64,000 bases of DNA from the NCBI GenBank assembly GCA_943788295.1, contig CALSPS010000002.1, positions 44,442 to 108,441 on the forward strand, given 5' to 3'. The position numbers and the translations under genes were made by a program. Every line of letters starts with the position of its first letter. Position 1 is the stretch's first letter. The notes beneath the pieces are model-generated. The model had not been told where the DNA came from. It saw only the letters and a list, made by a program, of their open reading frames with translations, and did no database searches. Source of the stretch: Candidatus Poseidoniaceae archaeon (GTDB taxonomy: Archaea; Thermoplasmatota; Poseidoniia; Poseidoniales; Poseidoniaceae). Shown one piece after another: positions 57,575-64,000 of this stretch.

Positions 57575-58152
57575 AGTCCATCAACAATGAAGATCCACAA
57601 AACGACACAGTTGCAGCGATCGGTATTGGTGCAATGATTGTGTTCATCGCGCTTATCCTTGTTGCAGCAGTTGCAGCAGCAGTGATTATTCAAACCGCTG
57701 AACAACTCCAACAAAACGCTCAGAAGACCGGTGAAGACACCGCTGACAACATGGCTGGTAAAGTTATGATCAACTCAATTTACGTTGACACCAACGCTGC
57801 TGGAGAGGATTACCTCCTCTACGTCCGCTTGGCTCCTGGCAGCGAAGCGACAACCACCACGACCATCTCTTACCAGGTGTTCTGTCCAAACGGTGTTGCA
57901 GAAGGTGAACTTCTCGCTAGCGACGTTGCTCCAATGACCACTGGTACCTTTGGAGTAGCCACAATGGCTCCTTCAACTGGGTTCATTATGACCATCGATG
58001 GAAACGAGGGCGGAGCTGATTGCAGCCCCGACGCTCAAAGCGGCGGAAACCCAATCGCATCGGCACAATTGTTCATTCACGTCGGAAAGGGTGGCACAAC
58101 CTACGAAACCCTAACCATCGACAGCAGTGACGCCGGAAGCCGAATTGTCTGA
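57571..58152 (+). CDS. arlB: Archaellin (archaeal flagellin) 2.
   Basis: [55 protein letters not shown] overlap with the arlB1 stop. Confidence 0.9.
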   Translation: MKSINNEDPQNDTVAAIGIGAMIVFIALILVAAVAAAVIIQTAEQLQQNAQKTGEDTADNMAGKVMINSIYVDTNAAGEDYLLYVRLAPGSEATTTTTISYQVFCPNGVAEGELLASDVAPMTTGTFGVATMAPSTGFIMTIDGNEGGADCSPDAQSGGNPIASAQLFIHVGKGGTTYETLTIDSSDAGSRIV

Positions 58153-58159
58153 TGTTCAT

Positions 58160-58192
58160 CTAAGGGCCATGCGCAACATTGCGCACCCTTAG
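58160..58192 (+). promoter_or_regulatory. Strong interrupted RNA stem-loop (7 + 6 bp) immediately after the second archaellin gene.
   Basis: CTAAGGG cca TGCGCA acat TGCGCA CCCTTAG starts 8 nt after the arlB2 stop. GAGGAGG and the ATG at 58206 follow it. Confidence 0.6.
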
Positions 58193-58205
58193 AGGAGGAA
58201 TTATC

Positions 58206-59039
58206 ATGGCATGGCCATTTGGCAACAGTGCAAATGAGGACATTGATGAAGACGCAGCTCTCACCGAAGATCGACTCAAAATAATGGCAAACATCGCCAT
58301 TGAGCAGGTCCCTCTCCCTGAAGAGGGTGAACTCGGTGAGGAAGATGCGTGGACCATCTCTCCAGGTCCTACAAAAGCACGCCTCAACAGCATCGGCAGT
58401 GTGCCGAGCGTCGCAGCAAGCCTCGCTCCAGCACCCGCCACTCCTGTGAACGCCACAGTCGACACCTCTGGACTTGAACGCATGATCAGCAGCCGCCTCG
58501 ACATGGTCGAGGATGTGCTCCGGAATGTCGAAGTTCGTCTAGAAACGACCTCTGAAGCACCCGCAGCAGAAGGCGAGGCATCCGAAGACGGTGAAGACCC
58601 AACTGCGCTTGATGGAGACATGATTGTCACCGCAAGCGGAGAAGTGATCTCCGTCACAGGCAACGACCGACTGAAGGAAGTCGATGAAGCGCCCTTGGTG
58701 GAATTGTACGAAGCGCAAGCTCTCGCTGCAAATCCATTCTTGCACGCTCCATCGCATGGTGCGACCACTGCTGGTAACAGCGTGGGTGCACCGACAGTTT
58801 CTGCCCTCTTGCTCGACAACATGTCGGGTATGGCGGCAGTCAGTTTCACTCAGAAGGCCATGTCTTCTGGTATGCTGAACGACGAAGAAGGTCGGTCTGT
58901 TTTGGCAATTGTTCAACTTGCAGCACCCGGTGAAGCCGAGGCTGCGCTTGATGATCATCTGCCGCACAAGGATTTGCTAACGTTCTCATCACTCGTCAGT
59001 TCCTGGCGAAGTGTGAGTTCTCTCCGAGGTGGAGCCTGA
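58206..59039 (+). CDS. Acidic hypothetical protein occupying the arlC/D/E position of the archaellum operon.
   Basis: ATG 58206 sits 7 nt after GAGGAGG; the track's TTG at 58179 lies inside the hairpin. No TM. Acidic N-terminus, helical RMISSRLDMVEDVLRNVEVRLE, VELYEAQALAANPFLH. The antisense 229-aa ORF is compositional. Confidence 0.6.
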   Translation: MAWPFGNSANEDIDEDAALTEDRLKIMANIAIEQVPLPEEGELGEEDAWTISPGPTKARLNSIGSVPSVAASLAPAPATPVNATVDTSGLERMISSRLDMVEDVLRNVEVRLETTSEAPAAEGEASEDGEDPTALDGDMIVTASGEVISVTGNDRLKEVDEAPLVELYEAQALAANPFLHAPSHGATTAGNSVGAPTVSALLLDNMSGMAAVSFTQKAMSSGMLNDEEGRSVLAIVQLAAPGEAEAALDDHLPHKDLLTFSSLVSSWRSVSSLRGGA

Positions 59040-59040
59040 A

Positions 59041-59682
59041 ATGGCTGGCTCGGTGGGTATTGGTGGCCTCATTATTGGGGTGTCGTTATTGGTCGTGTTT
59101 TCCATGGCCGTTCAAACGATTGGAAATCAGTTTGAATCCTCAATGGATTCGATTGAAGCCGCTGCTGAGCCTCTACCGAGCTTCACCGTTGATTCGAGTG
59201 ACATCTGGCTTTTCGCCCTTGAAGACATCACCATCACGAGCGGAGGAACAGATTACGTCAACGGGACCCTTGTTGCGTCCTCGTGTACAGGGTTTAGCGC
59301 AAGTTTCACAGTTGACAGCAATGGAGTCATCGACGCCGTGTCCATCACCAGCACCGGCGATTGTTCGACATCCACTCCTGTCATCTCTTTTGGAACACCC
59401 GCTCAGACACCTACACTTTCTGCAACACTTACGCCTGTGATGAAGACATACGTCTTTGCCGTACTCACCAACGATGGTGCAGTGACCCTCCCTACGGAGG
59501 ATGTTTGGCTGTTCCTCGATGGAACAGATCCGCAAACTCTCTCAGCATCGAACCCGATTGGCTTGTCCAGCGGGTATTGGTATTCTGGGGAAACACTTGA
59601 CTTGCGTTGGGAATTATCGCCGACAAACCATGCCCGCCTCGCCTTCACCTATGGCGGTACAACAGTGGGTACTACGCTCTGA
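59041..59682 (+). CDS. arlF: ArlF (FlaF)-like archaellum stator / S-layer-binding protein.
   Basis: N-terminal archaellin-like hydrophobic helix MAGSVGIGGLIIGVSLLVVFSMAV followed by a beta-rich domain. Position in the operon supports the call. GAGGTGGAG precedes the ATG. Confidence 0.55.
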   Translation: MAGSVGIGGLIIGVSLLVVFSMAVQTIGNQFESSMDSIEAAAEPLPSFTVDSSDIWLFALEDITITSGGTDYVNGTLVASSCTGFSASFTVDSNGVIDAVSITSTGDCSTSTPVISFGTPAQTPTLSATLTPVMKTYVFAVLTNDGAVTLPTEDVWLFLDGTDPQTLSASNPIGLSSGYWYSGETLDLRWELSPTNHARLAFTYGGTTVGTTL

Positions 59683-59691
59683 GGACTGGCT

Positions 59692-60183
59692 ATGGCAGAC
59701 GGTGGCGCATCAACCTTCATCATGCTCATCACGGGCTTGTTGATTTCAAGTTCTGTAAGTGCACTGCTGATCACAGAGTGGTCGGCAATGGCGAGAACGG
59801 CTCAAAAAAATCAGCAGGGCATCACCTTCACGGGTGAACTCGGCTTGGATTTTGCCGGCGACCCAATGATGGTGGATGTTGACACCAGCGGTTCGACACC
59901 GTCCATCACCTTCTACCTGCAAAACACCGGAATCCATCCACTGGATGAACAACTCATCGCCGTGCTCGTGAACGGCGAAGCGCCAACAAGCGTCTCCGCC
60001 ACAATCACTGGAACCACTTGGGATCCAAATGAACTCGCAGAAATCGTGATTGAAGATACCTCATACGGCACCACACCGTTTGCGTCTGGCGAAGATGTGA
60101 ACCTCTACGCTATTGCCACCTCAGAAGTTGTGGGTGGCATGTCCTCAAGTGCATCAATGAATGTCGAGGTGAGGCTCTCTTGA
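59692..60183 (+). CDS. arlG: ArlG (FlaG)-like archaellum protein.
   Basis: MADGGASTFIMLITGLLISSSVSALLI hydrophobic N-terminus plus a beta-rich domain of about 120 aa. Position between arlF and arlH. Confidence 0.55.
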   Translation: MADGGASTFIMLITGLLISSSVSALLITEWSAMARTAQKNQQGITFTGELGLDFAGDPMMVDVDTSGSTPSITFYLQNTGIHPLDEQLIAVLVNGEAPTSVSATITGTTWDPNELAEIVIEDTSYGTTPFASGEDVNLYAIATSEVVGGMSSSASMNVEVRLS

Positions 60184-60908
60184 AGGAGGATCCATTCCTA
60201 ACGGCTCACAAGCCGATAGAAGACGGTTTTCCTTTCGATCTGGAAACAGACTCCTTGGGCGATTCCATGGGATTGCGGTTACCAAACCGTTCCCTGTATG
60301 TCCTCCAAGGAGGCGTGGGTGGCGGTAAATCACTCATCTCACAACGACTTGCCTATGGTATGGTCGAAAACGGTGTGAAAGTACTCGTTATCACAACTGA
60401 ACTCACGACTCGCGGATGGATTGAGCAAATGGAATCCATTGGTTACGGTATCACAGATGCCATTCGGGAAGGCCAACTGATGGTCTTCTCTCGCTTTGGA
60501 ACTATTGCAGAAGCCCTACCGGATGTCGGACTTAACGAACTGCTTGAATCAGAGGCAATCGCTCTCGCAGACGTCGTGATTATCGATGCAGCGAGTTCAC
60601 TGATGCCTGATTCGCTCGACGAATCTCAACGTTTTACCATGATGCAGCGACTTCGTCGCATATGTGCCGATGGTCGCTCGCTCATGTTGTGCGTTGACCC
60701 TGAAGAAATGGACCACAAAATGATGCACACCTTGCGTGCATCGGCAGAAATTGTTCTTGATCTCACCACCGCAATGATCGGTGGAGAAATTAAGAGAAAC
60801 ATCGTGGTTACGAGGTTTTTGAGGGCAGCAGGCCCTGTTCAAACCTCGGTTGGATGGCGTGTTGAGCCGAGCATGGGCTTCATCGTCGACATTACGGCGG
60901 TCAGCTGA
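60180..60908 (+). CDS. arlH: ArlH (FlaH), KaiC-like ATP-binding archaellum motor component.
   Basis: SLYVLQGGVGGGKSLISQRLAYGMVENG (Walker A) and VVIIDA. TTG start overlaps the arlG stop (cTTGA) and is preceded by GAGGTGAGG. Confidence 0.8.
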   Translation: MKEDPFLTAHKPIEDGFPFDLETDSLGDSMGLRLPNRSLYVLQGGVGGGKSLISQRLAYGMVENGVKVLVITTELTTRGWIEQMESIGYGITDAIREGQLMVFSRFGTIAEALPDVGLNELLESEAIALADVVIIDAASSLMPDSLDESQRFTMMQRLRRICADGRSLMLCVDPEEMDHKMMHTLRASAEIVLDLTTAMIGGEIKRNIVVTRFLRAAGPVQTSVGWRVEPSMGFIVDITAVS

Positions 60909-60922
60909 AGGAGGTACCATGA

Positions 60923-62638
60923 ATGTCCGATGATCCTCCATTCGCAAAAGGTGACCTCAACGGGGTCATGGCAGCCCACCAGCACGTCGCAGACTGGGTT
61001 CGTGATTTTGAGGCTCGCTACGGCTCTCGTCCGATCTACTATGGCGAACTTGACAGGGATGCCAAAAAAGAACGTCCCCTTAACCTCATTTACCTTGCCA
61101 AAGAACCTATTTTCATTCACATTTACGAACCTCCTGCCGATGAAGAGGGTGGGGGCCAAATTTTGTGGTTTGGTCTTGAGCCTCAACTCACAGAAGAGGA
61201 AGAAAACATTCGTAGAGAATTAACTGAAACCCTCCTCCAAGAAGCGCCAGCTGCTCCCTCATTTACAACTGATAATGAGTTTGAAAACATCCTCCGTCAG
61301 ATGGTTGCTCGTTACACCGTTCTCGATACAGAAATTGGTGTCGCACCTCGGCGCCAAGGGCGTCTTTGGGAAATGCTGGGGCTAGAAGATCGGCGCCTGG
61401 TTGTCAATCAAGAGCAACGCACACGCTTGGAGTACATCGTGATTCGTGACCTCATTCGAAACGGACCGCTTGAACCCCTTCTTTCTGATGAGATGCTGGA
61501 AGATATTCACTCAATTGGCCTGAAACACGTCCACATGGATCACAAGGTGTTCGGCATGGTCACATCCAACATTCGCTTTAGGGACCGAGAAATTCTTTCC
61601 CGTTTCCTCAGAGCAATGTCTGAGCGTATTGGGCGTCCTGTTTCGGACAACAAGCCAATTATTGATGGCGCATTGCTCGATGGCTCTCGTATCAACATCA
61701 TTTTCTCCGATGACGTGTCCATGTTAGGACCATCATTCACGATTCGTAAGTTTGCTGAAGAAACAATTTCCATCACACAACTCATTGCTTGGGGCACCAT
61801 TTCTTCCCAGGTCGCAGCCTACATCTGGATTTGCCTTGAATACGGTATGTCGGTTCTTGTGTCCGGGGAAACTGCATCTGGTAAAACCACAACCCTCAAC
61901 GCTATTCTCCCTTTTATTGACCACAATGTCAAGATTTACTCGGCAGAAGACACGCCTGAAGTCAAGGTGCGCCACAAGATTTGGCAGCGCCTCGTGACCC
62001 GTTCATCAAAGAACGAAGAATCCCGCGTGGAAATGTTCGATTTGCTCAAGGCAGCACTGCGTAGCCGACCACGGTACATCATCATTGGTGAAATTCGTGG
62101 TGTTGAAGGAGCGACAGCGTTCCAGGCAATGCAGACGGGCCACCCGGTCATTGCGACGTTCCACGCATCGTCAATTGTGAAGATGATTCAACGGTTTACC
62201 GGTGACCCAATCAATGTTCCAATCCGTTTCTTCGATAACTTAAATTTCGCTATTTTCCAAGAGGTCGTCGAAGCACCTGGGGGAGGAATCGCCCGTCGTG
62301 TTACAGGGATTGACGAAGTGATTGGATACAACAAACACAGTGACGGTGTGTTGACCCGTGGTATGTTCGAATGGGATCCTGTGAAGGACAAACACTACTT
62401 CCGCGGAATGTTTCAGAGCCATTTGCTTGAAAACAAAATTGCTGCAATGGCAGGTTTTGCAAATAAGCGTGATATTTACGATGAAATGCTCAAGAGGGCA
62501 GAAGCGCTCCAGAGAATGGTTGATCGAGACCTTACCCATTACGATGACGTGTTTGATTTGCTTGGAATCTATTACAACAGCGGCTGGGAACACTTCGACC
62601 GTGCCGTCGATTCATGGAAGGGCATCAATCACGAGTGA
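60923..62638 (+). CDS. arlI: ArlI (FlaI), archaellum assembly/motor ATPase of the type II/IV secretion ATPase superfamily.
   Basis: VLVSGETASGKTTTLNAIL (Walker A), RPRYIIIGEIRGVEG (Walker B / Asp box) and TGHPVIATFHA (His box). GAAGGAGG precedes the ATG. Confidence 0.95.
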   Translation: MSDDPPFAKGDLNGVMAAHQHVADWVRDFEARYGSRPIYYGELDRDAKKERPLNLIYLAKEPIFIHIYEPPADEEGGGQILWFGLEPQLTEEEENIRRELTETLLQEAPAAPSFTTDNEFENILRQMVARYTVLDTEIGVAPRRQGRLWEMLGLEDRRLVVNQEQRTRLEYIVIRDLIRNGPLEPLLSDEMLEDIHSIGLKHVHMDHKVFGMVTSNIRFRDREILSRFLRAMSERIGRPVSDNKPIIDGALLDGSRINIIFSDDVSMLGPSFTIRKFAEETISITQLIAWGTISSQVAAYIWICLEYGMSVLVSGETASGKTTTLNAILPFIDHNVKIYSAEDTPEVKVRHKIWQRLVTRSSKNEESRVEMFDLLKAALRSRPRYIIIGEIRGVEGATAFQAMQTGHPVIATFHASSIVKMIQRFTGDPINVPIRFFDNLNFAIFQEVVEAPGGGIARRVTGIDEVIGYNKHSDGVLTRGMFEWDPVKDKHYFRGMFQSHLLENKIAAMAGFANKRDIYDEMLKRAEALQRMVDRDLTHYDDVFDLLGIYYNSGWEHFDRAVDSWKGINHE

Positions 62639-62648
62639 GGGATGATGG

Positions 62649-64000
62649 ATGCAGCGAATGTCGATGTGGCAAATCGCTTTACGGCGTCTTGAAATGCCCA
62701 TTTTGAATTTCCTTGCATACTTTGTAGGTGGTGCGGCTTTTGCAGGTTTGTTCTCCGCAGTTGTCATCATTCTCCTCACGGGTGGTATTTCGGAAGGGGC
62801 CTTGTTTTCCGGCTTCGCAGGGATCTTCCTTCTTTTGTTGCTTCCCACTCTTGCAGGTGGTGCAGCAATTGCTTTTCCCCTTCTCGATGTTCAACGCTCA
62901 GCAGCGTTGATTGAGAAAGAAATGCACATGTTCATCACTCGAATGGGCATTCTCTCCTTGGGTGAAGTGGGTGCCCAGTCTATTTTCGACATCCTCAAAC
63001 AAATGAGGGATTATGGCGAGTTGGCCAGTGAAGTTCAGCGAATTGAAACCCTTGTTGACAAGTGGCACACGTCGCTTCCAGAAGCTTCACGAATCGTTGC
63101 CCAACAAAGTCCGTCTCCATTGTGGGCTGATTTCCTCGACAGAATGGCGTTTTCCATTGAAGCAGGCCAACCAATCGATGAGTTCATGCGTTCCGAACAG
63201 GAAACAATTGCAGAACAGTACACGACTTTGTACGACACGCGTCTTGAATCTGTAGACACCATGAAGGAAATCTATGTGTCTCTTGTTTCTGCTGGATTGT
63301 TTGGCCTTGTGATCGCTGGAATTCACTTGGTGCTGTTCGAAGTTGGATCTGCAGGTGATCTTCCAATCGAAGTGGCGAGTCGTCTGCGGTTCCTTTTGTT
63401 AGCGGGTTTGTTGTTTACAGTAATCCAAGTTGGAGGAGTTTATGCGTTCAATTCGACCATCCCAGAAGACCCGACCTTCGCACGCGACGAAATGGACACT
63501 CCGTTTCGAATTAATTTTCTCAGGGCCCTCATTGGTGCCTCGCTCCTTTCGATTCTTCTCCTCGCCACCACCGTAATTATCATCCTAGCTTCTTGGCAAG
63601 AGGTCAGCAGCCAATGGGATCGGTACGGCTTACTTCTTTTTGCTGCCCCACTTTCCCCTATGCTTATTCCAGCATTTATGGTTGGCCGAGAAGAAAGTGC
63701 TGTTCTGCGCCGAGATGAAACTTATCCAGATTTTATCCGTGCTCTTGGAGGCACTGCACAAGCGCGTTCTGCCGAGCCTTCGGCCACCATCAAAGCCCTT
63801 CGTGGCATTGACTTTGGTGTCCTCGATGATTCCATCGACCGCTTGGAAAAGCGACTCTCGACCCGGATTAACTCGGATCGTGCTTGGGATTATTTTACCG
63901 CAGACACAAACTCTGCAGTCATTTCTCGATACACACGAATTTACATCGAAGGGTCACAATCGTCTGGCCAACCAGCAGGAACCGCAGAGATGGTTTCTCG
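62649..64000 (+). CDS. arlJ: ArlJ (FlaJ), polytopic archaellum platform protein; 3' end outside the window.
   Basis: Not in the ORF track because it has no stop in the window. My translation from ATG 62649 is open to base 64000: MQRMSMWQIALRRLEMPILNFLAYFVGG...EKEMHMFITRMGILSLGE...YPDFIRALGGTAQARS. This shows two T2SS-F-like cytoplasmic domains separated by TM helices. Confidence 0.8.
   Translation, partial: MQRMSMWQIALRRLEMPILNFLAYFVGGAAFAGLFSAVVIILLTGGISEGALFSGFAGIFLLLLLPTLAGGAAIAFPLLDVQRSAALIEKEMHMFITRMGILSLGEVGAQSIFDILKQMRDYGELASEVQRIETLVDKWHTSLPEASRIVAQQSPSPLWADFLDRMAFSIEAGQPIDEFMRSEQETIAEQYTTLYDTRLESVDTMKEIYVSLVSAGLFGLVIAGIHLVLFEVGSAGDLPIEVASRLRFLLLAGLLFTVIQVGGVYAFNSTIPEDPTFARDEMDTPFRINFLRALIGASLLSILLLATTVIIILASWQEVSSQWDRYGLLLFAAPLSPMLIPAFMVGREESAVLRRDETYPDFIRALGGTAQARSAEPSATIKALRGIDFGVLDDSIDRLEKRLSTRINSDRAWDYFTADTNSAVISRYTRIYIEGSQSSGQPAGTAEMVS

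Noticed and set aside
58160-58849. 229-aa ORF on the minus strand, antisense to the gene in the arlC/D/E slot.
   Set aside because: Its Ser/Ala/Pro-rich, low-complexity composition is what the reverse complement of a GAA/GAG/GCN-rich acidic gene produces. The plus-strand ORF fits the operon orientation and has a GAGGAGG site before its ATG.
1-64000. Search by eye for tRNA/rRNA genes, CRISPR repeats, IS elements, integrases, and toxin-antitoxin or known defence genes.
   Set aside because: Every gap between supported CDSs is under 160 nt. No direct-repeat arrays, cloverleaf-like segments or transposase/integrase motifs (DDE, R..H..R..Y) were seen. GC content and codon style look uniform, so there is no evidence of an integrated element.

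Overview
Dense (over 90% coding), roughly 50% GC chromosomal segment from an archaeon. I call about 43 protein genes. By eye I found no rRNA, tRNA, CRISPR array, transposase or integrase. Archaeal identity rests on a TATA-binding protein with a TTTATATA box placed for a leaderless mRNA, SepF, mevalonate kinase, and an archaellum operon (arlB-arlB-x-arlF-arlG-arlH-arlI-arlJ, running off the 3' end). Housekeeping genes include glmS (frame broken), maf, mutY, cysS, ileS, nadE, trhO, trx and bcp. The accessory content is dominated by six large secreted or anchored proteins. These are two tandem PKD/CARDB paralogs of about 1200 aa, a 1726-aa and a 1667-aa giant, an ELWxxDGT-repeat protein and an LTD-amidohydrolase. 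There are also a secreted S15 peptidase and a BNR-like lipoprotein. The acidic proteome, giant adhesin-like proteins and peptidases suggest a planktonic Thermoplasmatota (Marine Group II-like) genome; that is inference only. Two candidates look most novel. (1) A same-strand, partly translationally coupled module of three unknown genes lies directly upstream of the archaellins, and a fourth unknown gene sits in the arlC/D/E slot. Two of these four share an acidic-helical-NPFL layout. (2) The cytoplasmic tails of the surface proteins carry recurring short aromatic motifs (LP[ED]GW[ST]MEQWxHYGxQYL in the two paralogs, and a WW-like DGYWWYHDKAANEWWY at the C-terminus of the 1726-aa protein). These occur alongside PPLP-rich tails. 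All domain calls come from motif recognition by eye; no searches were run.
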